This document shows, piece after piece, positions 28,085 through 36,867 of a DNA stretch of 64,000 nucleotides. A program made the position numbers and the translations under genes. The stretch is from IMG/VR virus record IMGVR_UViG_3300044719_000048, positions 125,545 to 189,544 of that record, one strand, 5' to 3'. The stretch's first letter is position 1, and every line of letters starts with the position of its first letter. This DNA is from a virus (lineage: Duplodnaviria > Caudoviricetes). The notes under the pieces were generated by a model. That model made no database searches. It was not told the DNA's origin and saw only the letters and a program-made list of their open reading frames with translations.

Positions 28085-28215
28085 TAGTACGTAGGGCCGT
28101 TAGCTCAGTTGGTTAGAGCAGTTGACTCATAATCGAAAGGTCGCCGGTTCAAGCCCGGCACGGCCTACCAAGCATTCGCAGTAAATAGCAGTACGCACAA
28201 TCGTGCTAGTAAATA
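28076..28215 (+). promoter_or_regulatory. three AGTAAATAG phage-type promoter motifs flanking the tRNA
   Basis: AGTAAATAGTAGTAC (28076), AGTAAATAGCAGTAC (28180), AGTAAATAGTAGTGC (28208). Confidence 0.7.
28094..28170 (+). tRNA. tRNA with CAT anticodon, probably tRNA-Ile2 (lysidine)
   Basis: Cloverleaf with GGGCCGT/ACGGCCT acceptor stem, D-loop AGTTGGTTA, CTCATAA loop, GGTTCAA T-loop and encoded CCA. Confidence 0.9.
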
Positions 28216-28287
28216 GTAGTGCAGCAAGCATCATTGATGATGCATCATCCCGGGTAGTATCTCAATTCATTTTCAAAGGAAATCGCA

Positions 28288-29250
28288 ATGCCTATCAAGA
28301 ACAACGCCAAAGCCGGTAAAAACGCCAAAGCAGGCAAGAAAGCCAAAGCCGAGAAGGATCTGAAAAAGAAGAAAGGCGCGAAAGCCGAGCAGGAAGCGAA
28401 GGGCAAAGGCAAGAAGGGCGCCAAGGCCGAGAAGGAAGTGAAGGGCAAGAAGGGCGCCAAGGCCAACGCCAAGACCGACAAGAAATCCAACAAGAAGGAA
28501 GCACCGGTGAAGTCGTCGAAGAAAGCCAAGAAAGCCGCAGCAACCGAAACCGCGCGCACGCTGTTCCTGAAGACCGTGACAACGACGAGCGCTGAATCGA
28601 TGAAGGACCTGAGCGCTTCGGCCGCCGCCATCACCGTCAACGGCAAGGCAATCCCGCGTTCCTCGATCCTGGCCGTCGTCGGCGCCACCGTTCACCACGA
28701 AGTCCTGCTGCCGCTGGGCGAGATCGCCGAGATCGTGGACGTGAAGGGTGTCGCCTGCTACGTGCTGGCCGACGGCACGAAGGTCTCTCCGTTCGCCCAG
28801 GGCGCACTGCTGGTGTCGGAAGGCGGCGCGGCGCCTGCAGCATCGTCGGATTCGGAAGACGATGACGAGCTGGAAGTGAGCGACGAGGACGAGGACGAAG
28901 ACGGTGACGACGAATCGGATGACGACGGCGACTCCGACGACGATTCGGACGAAGACGGCGACGAGGAGGATGGTGACGAGGAATCGGACGACGAAGACGG
29001 AGACGATGACGAGGAATCGGACGACGACGAAGATGGTGACGACGAAGACGGCGACTCGGACGACGACGAGGAAGAAGAGGAAGAAGAGGAGGAAGAGAAG
29101 CCGAAGAAGGGCAAGAAGGGCGCCAAGGGCAAGAAAGCCAAGAAGGGCAAGAAGTCGAAAGACGACGAAGACGACGACTCGGATGAAGACGAAGACGGCG
29201 ACGACGAGTCGGACGACGGCGAAGACGGTGACGACGACTTCGACTTCTAA
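28288..29250 (+). CDS. Lys-rich and Asp/Glu-rich polyampholyte protein
   Basis: K/A-rich N-terminus, small globular core, long D/E tract, K block, then D/E tail. Confidence 0.85.
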   Translation: MPIKNNAKAGKNAKAGKKAKAEKDLKKKKGAKAEQEAKGKGKKGAKAEKEVKGKKGAKANAKTDKKSNKKEAPVKSSKKAKKAAATETARTLFLKTVTTTSAESMKDLSASAAAITVNGKAIPRSSILAVVGATVHHEVLLPLGEIAEIVDVKGVACYVLADGTKVSPFAQGALLVSEGGAAPAASSDSEDDDELEVSDEDEDEDGDDESDDDGDSDDDSDEDGDEEDGDEESDDEDGDDDEESDDDEDGDDEDGDSDDDEEEEEEEEEEKPKKGKKGAKGKKAKKGKKSKDDEDDDSDEDEDGDDESDDGEDGDDDFDF

Positions 29251-29263
29251 GCAGTAACTCGAC

Positions 29264-29289
29264 GGGAGCACCGCAAGGTGCTCCCTTTT
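29264..29289 (+). terminator. intrinsic terminator
   Basis: GGGAGCACC-GCAA-GGTGCTCCC-TTTT. Confidence 0.85.
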
Positions 29290-29306
29290 CCATATGGGAG
29301 ACAGAT

Positions 29307-29618
29307 TTGGAACTCGAATACTTGGCCCTATACAGCAACGACTGCATGACATGCAAACACCTATGCGAAACGGGGGTTCGGGATTTTCAGGCCTGCCATT
29401 TCAGCAAAGGAAACCGGCTGTGCCCCGCTTCCGAAGTCCGCCTCGTTGTTGTTGGCGAGGCCTTAACCTACGCACGTCGCGTCCTGCGCGCCCGCGATAA
29501 GCGGCAGCCCAAGCGCGAAGCAAAACTCATGAAACACGTCGCCGCGCAGTCTGCGGCCTTCCAATCCCGCTTCTACGAGTATCTCGACAATGGCGGTCGT
29601 TCAAACCTCAAGGGTTAG
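29307..29618 (+). CDS. Cys-rich hypothetical protein
   Basis: GGGAG SD with TTG start; CMTCKHLC...C...CP. Confidence 0.65.
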   Translation: MELEYLALYSNDCMTCKHLCETGVRDFQACHFSKGNRLCPASEVRLVVVGEALTYARRVLRARDKRQPKREAKLMKHVAAQSAAFQSRFYEYLDNGGRSNLKG

Positions 29619-29636
29619 AGTCTATGAAAAGCTCTA
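29616..29636 (+). promoter_or_regulatory. CUAUGAAAA hairpin containing the start codon (copy 8)
   Basis: TAGAGT-CTATGAAAA-GCTCTA, a 6-bp stem with one G-U pair. Confidence 0.8.
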
Positions 29637-30328
29637 CGGTGAAGCTCACCAAAATCAGGCAGTTCTATTTCCCGGTTGACGCGGAAGACTACAAGCTGCT
29701 GCGCGAACACGGCCTTCCTGCAATCCGCATTCACGAAAACCTGTTGCCCACGTTCGGGCTCGTCTTCAAGAAGTACAACATCAAGCCGCAGAACGTCTCG
29801 TTCAACGATGCGATCATGAATCCGTACCTCGATAAGATCGGGGAGACGTGGCAGTCGAAGCCCCACCGGAAAGCCTCGATCACAAAGTCGGTCATGAAGT
29901 TCGAGACCACGCACTCGTCGATCCAGTTGCAGTCGCGTGAGGCCCTCCACAAACTGGAGGCATCCCTGCGCAGATTCTTCCAGCGTTGGGGCTTTGCTGC
30001 CTCGTTCGAGCTCTCGGAGTCGCGTGGCAAGCTCAAGCTCCACGTCAACTACAGGTTCGATCCTGAACGCAGCCCCGTCATACCGTTAGTGGAAGACCCA
30101 ACGAGCCTGCCTTCGGTCAAGATCGATCTTGGCTTCATACGGTTGACCATGACGCTGATGAAACGCGAGATCGAAATCAACATTTCCATCGCAGCAGGCC
30201 CCGGCTGGAATTCGATTCACACGTCGCGCTGCCTCTACTCTCAGGTGTCCGACGTTCGGCCTATGCTTGCGACCTTCGTGGACATCGTTAATCGGGACCC
30301 TCACAACGCAGACAACAAACTGAAGTAG
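29624..30328 (+). CDS. hypothetical protein
   Basis: 234-aa ORF upstream of the topoisomerase genes. Confidence 0.75.
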   Translation: MKSSTVKLTKIRQFYFPVDAEDYKLLREHGLPAIRIHENLLPTFGLVFKKYNIKPQNVSFNDAIMNPYLDKIGETWQSKPHRKASITKSVMKFETTHSSIQLQSREALHKLEASLRRFFQRWGFAASFELSESRGKLKLHVNYRFDPERSPVIPLVEDPTSLPSVKIDLGFIRLTMTLMKREIEINISIAAGPGWNSIHTSRCLYSQVSDVRPMLATFVDIVNRDPHNADNKLK

Positions 30329-30361
30329 ACAATTAAATGTGCCACACATTAAGGAGTAGCG

Positions 30362-32320
30362 ATGGCAAAGGAAAAGAAAGTCGCGGAGTACAGTAGCGGC
30401 TCTATTGAAATCCAAGGCGGTCTCGATGGCGTTCGCAAGAACGCGTCGATGTACATGGGATCGACTGGAGTGGATGGCGTATGGAAGTTCGTCGGCGAAC
30501 TCCTCGACAACGGCGTGGACGAGCATCTGGCGGGCCGCAACAAAGCCGTCATGCTGCACGTCGACTCGGATGGCTCCTACTGGGTGCTCGACCAAGGCAA
30601 GGGCATTCCGCAAGGCGTCAAGGAAGTCCACATGCATGTCAACGGCAAGGACATCGTCAACAAGATTCCGACGATGCAGGCCGTGTTCGGTGAACTACAC
30701 ACGTCCGGCAAGTATCGTTCCGACGCCTACAAGAATTCGATTGGTACTCACGGTATCGGGTCGAAGGGAACGAACGCCACGTCTGAGTTCTTCACCGTAC
30801 ACACGTACTACAAGGAACAGTGGTACACGGTCGGGTTCAAGAAAGGCAAGCTCATCTCACCAGTCCAGAAGCTCAAGAAGGCTCCGAAGGGTCCTGACGG
30901 GAAACCGCTCAAAGGCGGTACGTGCATCCACTGCAAACCTGACCCCACGATCTACTCAGCCAAGGCTTTCCCGCTGTCGATGGCCGTCGAGTGGGCTGAG
31001 ATCACGGCCTACCTGAATCCCGGTCTCGGCATCGTCTTGTCGTCGCCGAAGAGCCGGAAGACCTATCTGTCGAAGAAGGGACCTACCGAGTACGTGAGCA
31101 ACCGCGTCACCAAGCTGAAGGCCGAGTACCTGACCGACAAGATTTTCGAGTTCAAGTCCGACGTTGGTGAAGTCGTGCTGGCATTCACGAATGCCGAAGG
31201 TGTAGACGTGCGAGGCTTCACGAACGGTCTGTCCAACAAGGAAGGCGGCACGCACGTCTCGTCGGCAGTCGACGGCATCTACGATGGCCTATGTCAGGCA
31301 CTGGTGAAGGCAGGGAAAGAGAAGCTGGTCTATGCCAAACAGAAGAAAGGCGAGAAGGGTAAGCGTACGATCTTCAAGGTATCCGACTTGAAGGAAGGCA
31401 TGGTCGGTCTGGTGAATGCAAAGCTGCACAAGGCAGAGTTCTCGTCGCAAGACAAAGCGCGCTTGACCGACGCGCGCATGGGCAAACCCTTCCACGAGCT
31501 GGTGGTGAAAGACGCAATCGCGTTCTTCTCCAAGCACTCGAAGGTAGCGATTCAGCTGGCTGAACGGGCCGGCAAACTCGCGCAGCTGAAGACCAACTTC
31601 GCGCTGTCGAAGAAGACGCTGACCGAGTTGAACAAGTTGAAGAAGAAAGGCATGAGCACCAAGTATGTGCCGCCGTCAAGTGGCAAGGCATCCGAGCGCG
31701 AGATCTTCATCGTGGAAGGTGACTCGGCAGGTGGCCCGGCCAAGCAGGCCCGATTCCCCTACCAAGGCATTCTTCCCATCCGAGGCAAGATCAAGAACGT
31801 GATCGCCGCGAAAGGCGACAAGGGGCTGGATTCGGAGGACATCCTCAACATTCTGGCAGCGATCGGGTACGACCCGAAAGCCAGCGATCCATATGCGAAG
31901 CTGGCCACTGGCAAAATCATCTATCTCGCAGACCCGGACCCTGACGGGCACCACATCAACTGTCTACTGCTCGGCCTGACGTACAAGTTTCTGCCCGAGT
32001 GCTTCGACCGCGGTATGGTCTTCGTTGCGAAGACGCCCGAGTATTACGCGATTCACAAAGGCCGCATGTACACAGCCGACGGTGCACGTGCCCTACGGTT
32101 GAAGATGGACAAGGACAAAGTACCGGCCTCAGTAAATCCGATTCACATAAAGGGCTGGGGTGAGATTGACCCTGCCGTGATGCGTGTGCTGGCAATGAAT
32201 CCCGACACGCGGACGCTGATCAAGATCAATCCTCTCAAGGATTCGGACAGTGCGTTTGCCAATCTCATGGCCGAGTCGGCGGACTCCCGTCGCAAACTGG
32301 CTTGGGGAACTGAAGAATGA
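30362..32320 (+). CDS. gyrB: type IIA topoisomerase ATPase/TOPRIM subunit (GyrB/ParE-like)
   Basis: ELLDNGVDE, DQGKGIP, GTHGIG, EGDSAGG, PIRGKI, DPDPDGHHI. Confidence 0.95.
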   Translation: MAKEKKVAEYSSGSIEIQGGLDGVRKNASMYMGSTGVDGVWKFVGELLDNGVDEHLAGRNKAVMLHVDSDGSYWVLDQGKGIPQGVKEVHMHVNGKDIVNKIPTMQAVFGELHTSGKYRSDAYKNSIGTHGIGSKGTNATSEFFTVHTYYKEQWYTVGFKKGKLISPVQKLKKAPKGPDGKPLKGGTCIHCKPDPTIYSAKAFPLSMAVEWAEITAYLNPGLGIVLSSPKSRKTYLSKKGPTEYVSNRVTKLKAEYLTDKIFEFKSDVGEVVLAFTNAEGVDVRGFTNGLSNKEGGTHVSSAVDGIYDGLCQALVKAGKEKLVYAKQKKGEKGKRTIFKVSDLKEGMVGLVNAKLHKAEFSSQDKARLTDARMGKPFHELVVKDAIAFFSKHSKVAIQLAERAGKLAQLKTNFALSKKTLTELNKLKKKGMSTKYVPPSSGKASEREIFIVEGDSAGGPAKQARFPYQGILPIRGKIKNVIAAKGDKGLDSEDILNILAAIGYDPKASDPYAKLATGKIIYLADPDPDGHHINCLLLGLTYKFLPECFDRGMVFVAKTPEYYAIHKGRMYTADGARALRLKMDKDKVPASVNPIHIKGWGEIDPAVMRVLAMNPDTRTLIKINPLKDSDSAFANLMAESADSRRKLAWGTEE

Positions 32321-33813
32321 AAAAGACAAAGACCAAAAACGTAGAGGCGTCCAAGGGCAAGATCCTCACGCAAAGTATTACCGACTTCGGTTTCGTCTCG
32401 TTGAAGCTGTACGCCGACGAGGTGAATCTGGAGCGCGCGATTCCAGACATCATCGACGGCCTCAAACCCGGCCTGCGGTTGACCATTCACGGCTCTGCTG
32501 AAATCGCGAAGACGCAGTTCGCTAAGGCCGCTCTGATCGTCGGTCACGTCATGGGTAACTACTACCCGCACGGCGACAGTGGCATTTACGGTGCAATGGT
32601 GACGAACGTGCAATCGCTGATTCCTCTGCTGCACGGCAAGGGCAACTGGGGTTCGATCACGGATGGCCCTGCCGCCTATCGTTACACGAACGCGCGGCTC
32701 TCCAACTTCGCGCGACTGGGGTTCGACCCCCACTACGCTAACCCGGAGGTCTCGTCGTACGTACCGAACTATGACGAGCGGTTGACCGAGCCCGTGTCGA
32801 TTCCGTTTCCTCTGCCTGTCATCTTGTTCAGCGGGGCTGAAGGTATTGGCTACGGCGCGGCGTGCTCGATTCCGTCGTTCACTCCTGAGTCTGTTGCGGA
32901 GGTCATCAAGCGCCTCCTAAAGGGCGAGAAGATGAAAGTCGAAGACTTCGCGAAGGCGATGGAGCCCGATTTCAAGTGGGGCGGTCAATTCGTGCGGACA
33001 AAGGAGAACCGCAAGGCGTGGATGGAAATGTTCACGTCCTCGCGAGCCTCCGTGTTGTTCGAGTCGCCTCTTCAAATCGACACGGCCAAGCACATCGTGA
33101 AGATCAACGAATGGCCGAATGGTGTAGACCCCGAGAAGGTCTGCCTGTGGGCGCGCGGCCTGCCTGAGACCCAGCAGGCATTCCCTTCCAAAGGCGGCAC
33201 CGAATTCACCTTCGTGATGAAGAAGGGCTACAACTCGGTGCAGTTCGATGCATGGGTGAAGAAGCTGGCGCAGAAGACTCGCGCGAAATCCAGCTTCAAC
33301 ATAAACGTGACGCGCCGCACTGCAGTGGTGAACGATGGCGTCGTCGGCTACAATGTCAAGCTCATGAGCCTGTCCGTCCCGCAACTGATCATGACGTGGC
33401 TGAAAGAGCGTCTGGCCACTGAGATTCGTTCGCTGGACTACCGGATTCGCAAGCAGCAGGAAGCCATCGCCTACTCTGAACTGCTGATCATGGCGGCCCA
33501 AAAACTGGACATCATCGTCCCCATCATCAAGAAGTCGAAGCAACCAAAGGAGGAGCTCGCCAAGAAACTGAAGATCACGCTGGAGCAGGCGAATCAGATT
33601 CTGGACCTCACGCTGCGCAAACTGACGCGCCTGGATCAGGAAGCCATCGAGCAGAAGCGCAAGGAGCAACTGCAGGAGTTGAAGCAGCTGGAGAAGTGGC
33701 GCAAGAATCCGAAACCCAAGATGATCGAAGACACCGACCGCGCGCTCGAAGCCATCGAAGCCGACCGCAAGTGGTATGCGTCGAAAGACAAACAGGAGCT
33801 CACGCTGTCGTAA
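32317..33813 (+). CDS. gyrA: type IIA topoisomerase breakage-reunion subunit (GyrA/ParC-like, no C-terminal pinwheel)
   Basis: DGLKPG, YYPHGDS, GNWGS and AAYRYT catalytic Tyr; only 498 aa. Confidence 0.95.
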   Translation: MKKTKTKNVEASKGKILTQSITDFGFVSLKLYADEVNLERAIPDIIDGLKPGLRLTIHGSAEIAKTQFAKAALIVGHVMGNYYPHGDSGIYGAMVTNVQSLIPLLHGKGNWGSITDGPAAYRYTNARLSNFARLGFDPHYANPEVSSYVPNYDERLTEPVSIPFPLPVILFSGAEGIGYGAACSIPSFTPESVAEVIKRLLKGEKMKVEDFAKAMEPDFKWGGQFVRTKENRKAWMEMFTSSRASVLFESPLQIDTAKHIVKINEWPNGVDPEKVCLWARGLPETQQAFPSKGGTEFTFVMKKGYNSVQFDAWVKKLAQKTRAKSSFNINVTRRTAVVNDGVVGYNVKLMSLSVPQLIMTWLKERLATEIRSLDYRIRKQQEAIAYSELLIMAAQKLDIIVPIIKKSKQPKEELAKKLKITLEQANQILDLTLRKLTRLDQEAIEQKRKEQLQELKQLEKWRKNPKPKMIEDTDRALEAIEADRKWYASKDKQELTLS

Positions 33814-33832
33814 CTAATTGTCAATGTCGAAT

Positions 33833-33849
33833 TGCCTAAATTTTGTGCA
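33833..33849. promoter_or_regulatory. 17-bp operator (copy 3)
   Basis: TGCCTAAATTTTGTGCA. Confidence 0.6.
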
Positions 33850-33877
33850 TCAGCTTGCCGTTGTTTTTCTGCCTGAC

Positions 33878-33894
33878 TGCTCAAAATTTAGGCA
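33878..33894. promoter_or_regulatory. 17-bp operator (copy 4, inverted)
   Basis: TGCTCAAAATTTAGGCA. Confidence 0.7.
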
Positions 33895-33914
33895 GCATTG
33901 AGCCCCGTCAGAGC

Positions 33915-33944
33915 TTGCTGTTGAGAAACCGCATGTGATATAAT
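33915..33944 (+). promoter_or_regulatory. sigma70-type promoter
   Basis: TTGCTG-18 bp-TATAAT with an extended TG. Confidence 0.75.
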
Positions 33945-33969
33945 GAACACGCAGCGTCTCATTTATCAT

Positions 33970-34007
33970 GCTGCCTAATTTTTGAGCAGCTTCCCTATGA
34001 AAAGGAA
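33970..34007 (+). promoter_or_regulatory. 17-bp operator (copy 5) abutting CUAUGAAAA hairpin (copy 9)
   Basis: GCTGCCTAATTTTTGAGCAGC followed by TTCC-CTATGAAAA-GGAA. Confidence 0.8.
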
Positions 34008-34013
34008 ACCATC

Positions 34014-34214
34014 ATGACTCAACAGGAACTGTATGGCTTGGCTCTGATCTCGCTGGGACACGTTATGTACCGTGAAGGCATCGACGCCGACGCAGCGTGG
34101 TCGTCCGAGTACGAACTCGATCACGTGAAGTACCTGACAGACAAAGGAGTTGACCCGCTCGTCGTGCAAGATCTCCTGAAGCTCACGGCAGCCGGGTTGT
34201 TACGTCGCTGCTAA
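34014..34214 (+). CDS. small hypothetical protein
   Basis: AAGGA SD. Confidence 0.65.
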   Translation: MTQQELYGLALISLGHVMYREGIDADAAWSSEYELDHVKYLTDKGVDPLVVQDLLKLTAAGLLRRC

Positions 34215-34262
34215 TCGCAGGCGCCTCGGCCACTTCGGTGGCCTAACTCTTGGAGTTCCAAA

Positions 34263-34985
34263 ATGATCATCACTCTGAATACCTCCGACAAGCTGGTCGT
34301 CCATTTCGCAGAAGTCAACGGCGAGTTCGAGATCCACTTCGACACTTCGGAGTATCCGAAGCAACTGGTCGTGCGCGAGACCGCAGGATTTCCCGGTAAT
34401 CGAGTCGGCGCCGCGAGTAGTCTGCTGTATCACGAAGACTGGCGTAGCCCGGTCATTCTGCTGGACAAGGAAGCCGAGGTCAGCATCGCCGACAACGCGC
34501 ACAACGCGCAGTTGGAGCAACTGCTTCGCGATCACGATGAGGACCAACGAGTCGACATTCAGCTGCTAACGCTTTTGCGCACTCGCATCGAGGACGGGTG
34601 GGGCGACCGGACAGCGGCCGACAGGGAAGCGCATCAGCGTATCACCGAGAAGGTGCCCGACGCAAGTGTGGACGCAGTGATCTCCAACTGGAAGACGATG
34701 GTGCGGGCGTTCACGCAGATCACCTCCGAAGACGGAGATACGGGCTTCGACGGCGTACTCGCGAAACACGTACGCCTGTACATCCAGGCCGAGGCGAACA
34801 AGATGCCTGAGGCCAAGATCAAGTGGGAGCGCGAAGGCCGCAATCGCCTCGAAGGAAAGTACGGACATGAGTTGGCGGCGCGAGTGTGGGCACGTCTCGT
34901 TGTGTGTCTCGCGGCAACGCAGCCCACCGAAGACGAACCCGACGCCGAGGAAAGTGACGTCGCCCAAGACGACGACAACTCCTGA
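34263..34985 (+). CDS. hypothetical protein
   Basis: GGAG SD; 240 aa. Confidence 0.7.
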   Translation: MIITLNTSDKLVVHFAEVNGEFEIHFDTSEYPKQLVVRETAGFPGNRVGAASSLLYHEDWRSPVILLDKEAEVSIADNAHNAQLEQLLRDHDEDQRVDIQLLTLLRTRIEDGWGDRTAADREAHQRITEKVPDASVDAVISNWKTMVRAFTQITSEDGDTGFDGVLAKHVRLYIQAEANKMPEAKIKWEREGRNRLEGKYGHELAARVWARLVVCLAATQPTEDEPDAEESDVAQDDDNS

Positions 34986-35108
34986 GCAACCGCAATTCCC
35001 AATTTAAGGTTCACCAAAGCGGACAGCGCAGGCCACAGTGTGCAATTTGAAGTCCGTAGTAAATAATGTGGCATCACTTAACAACCCTTCCAAACAGAGG
35101 AAATTGAA

Positions 35109-35576
35109 ATGGCAAAATCGAACGACACCGCTGCAAACCTGAAAGCCGCTGCAAAAGAAATCACCCAACTGCAGTCGCAAGTCGCCAAGCTGACCAAGCA
35201 AGTCGAGTCGAAAGACGAGCAGATCGAGAAGCTGAAGGCCAAAGCCAACGGCGGCAAGGTCGAGAAGAAAGCGGGCAAGAAGGACAAGACCGAAGGCAAA
35301 GGCAAGAAAGCCGACAAGGCCGAGAAGGGCGAAGGCAAGAAGGCCAAAGCCAAAGCCGCCGAGGGCAAGGGCAAGAAAGCCGACAAGAAGGAAGGCAAAG
35401 GCAAGAAGGCCGACAAGGCCGAAGGCAAGAAAGCGCCCAAGGCAGAGAAGGGCGACAAGAAAGCGGGCAAGGCCGGCAAAGAAGGCAAAGCCAAAGCCGC
35501 CGAGGGCAAGGGCAAGAAAGCCGACAAGAAGGAAGGCAAGGGCAAGAAGTCGAGCGGCGACGATTTCCTGCTGTAA
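35109..35576 (+). CDS. Lys-rich histone H1-like repeat protein
   Basis: N-terminal coiled coil followed by EGKGKKADK repeats; AGTAAATA at 35058. Confidence 0.8.
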   Translation: MAKSNDTAANLKAAAKEITQLQSQVAKLTKQVESKDEQIEKLKAKANGGKVEKKAGKKDKTEGKGKKADKAEKGEGKKAKAKAAEGKGKKADKKEGKGKKADKAEGKKAPKAEKGDKKAGKAGKEGKAKAAEGKGKKADKKEGKGKKSSGDDFLL

Positions 35577-35599
35577 TCGAACGGCAAGTGAAATGACGA

Positions 35600-35625
35600 A
35601 AGACGGGGCTTGTGCCCTGTCTTTT
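35600..35625 (+). terminator. probable intrinsic terminator
   Basis: AAGACGGGGC...GCCCTGTCTT stem followed by a T run. Confidence 0.6.
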
Positions 35626-35657
35626 GTCGCTTGTGAACTCTGTTTTGGAGGCTCTAG

Positions 35658-36857
35658 ATGAAACACAATCCGTTGGGAAAGAACAACTTCGATCGACTGG
35701 AGGCCGCCGGCTTGGTTGCTGGTGCCGACGACTCGGAGAACATGAAAGCAAAAACCGAGGCACGCGTCTCGGAACTCAATACGCTCGTCACCAAGATCCG
35801 CAAGGTAGAGGCCTACCTTGCGGAACTGTACGTGTTGCCGAAGCCGCGACAGCTCAAACGGCTGGCCGCTGCCGCTCAGGGCCTGAAAGAGCTGCATCAG
35901 CAGAAGCTGCCAGTCGGTGCCAAGAAACACGTTGAGGCCTGCCTCAACGAAGTGATCAGCTTGCGCGAGGGCGTGTACTCGTCCAACTCCCGCATGGATA
36001 AACAGACGCTGGCGCTTACGGCCTCGGTCAAAGCTCGTAAGGAGCTGACCGCAATGGTCGAGTCTGCACAGCATCGTCTGGAAAAGGTGGTGGCTGATTC
36101 CTCGTCCGAACTGGACATGGAAGAGTTCTACAAGAAGGCTGCAGACGTCATCAAGAAGAACGACGCCGAATCCGCGAAAGTCCTGCCGCTCAGGGACAAA
36201 GCCTTCCTGCTGGAGCGCGTGCCGGTCGTTCCTCTTGGTTCGTCTCTCTCCACGGAGAAACTGCCTCAACTCGGATTCAAGTCCGAGTCTCTCGGGGGTT
36301 ATCCCATCATTCACAACCAACTGGTGCTCGGCATCAACCCGAAGCGGTTGGCGTCGCATGGTGACGCGGAATCGCAGCGATTCGCAGAGCTCCAGCAGAA
36401 GCTGAAAGAGAGCGGAGTCTCGCTGGACGAAATCAAAAAGATTCACGGCAAGATCAAGGACCTGACGCTCGACATTTCGAGGTTGGACCCTGAGAAGGCC
36501 GACAAGGAATACGTTGCCAAAAAGAACGCTGATCTGAATCGTCTTCACGAAGAGGCCAGTCGTCTGATTCAGAAGTCCGGCATCGATCCTGCCGAATACC
36601 AGTCTCTCCAGCAAAAGCTGCGCCGTTCCCACTCGGCGGTCATTCCTGCTGTGCGCGAAGAGGCGGAGCGCATTCGCAAACTGCTGGAGAAGAAAAAGAA
36701 CGTCAAACTACGCTTCGTTTCCGAGACTCCGCACTCCGACAAGAAGAGTGGTGGCATCTGGTTCTGGCTCATGCCCGACAAGGAGCTGGACATGCTGGCC
36801 AAGGCCTCGCACACCAAGCGAGTGGACGTCAAACAGTGGGGCTTCGCTTTCAGCTAA
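35658..36857 (+). CDS. coiled-coil-rich hypothetical protein
   Basis: GGAGG SD; 399 aa. Confidence 0.8.
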   Translation: MKHNPLGKNNFDRLEAAGLVAGADDSENMKAKTEARVSELNTLVTKIRKVEAYLAELYVLPKPRQLKRLAAAAQGLKELHQQKLPVGAKKHVEACLNEVISLREGVYSSNSRMDKQTLALTASVKARKELTAMVESAQHRLEKVVADSSSELDMEEFYKKAADVIKKNDAESAKVLPLRDKAFLLERVPVVPLGSSLSTEKLPQLGFKSESLGGYPIIHNQLVLGINPKRLASHGDAESQRFAELQQKLKESGVSLDEIKKIHGKIKDLTLDISRLDPEKADKEYVAKKNADLNRLHEEASRLIQKSGIDPAEYQSLQQKLRRSHSAVIPAVREEAERIRKLLEKKKNVKLRFVSETPHSDKKSGGIWFWLMPDKELDMLAKASHTKRVDVKQWGFAFS

Positions 36858-36867
36858 AGGAGCAATC

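Noticed and set aside
28850-29250. GACGACGAA-type repeats as a DNA satellite
   Set aside because: They are fully explained by the Asp/Glu-rich protein tract.
30362-33813. Bacterial chromosomal gyrBA locus
   Set aside because: The sequences are divergent, the A subunit lacks the CTD, and the context is phage-like with no dnaA, dnaN or recF.
35004-36632. 542-aa minus-strand ORF, and similar long antisense ORFs at 28273-29352, 62639-63892 and 13128-13907
   Set aside because: These are shadows of strongly codon-biased + strand genes. They have no SD and no motifs, and their low-complexity sequence mirrors the sense proteins.
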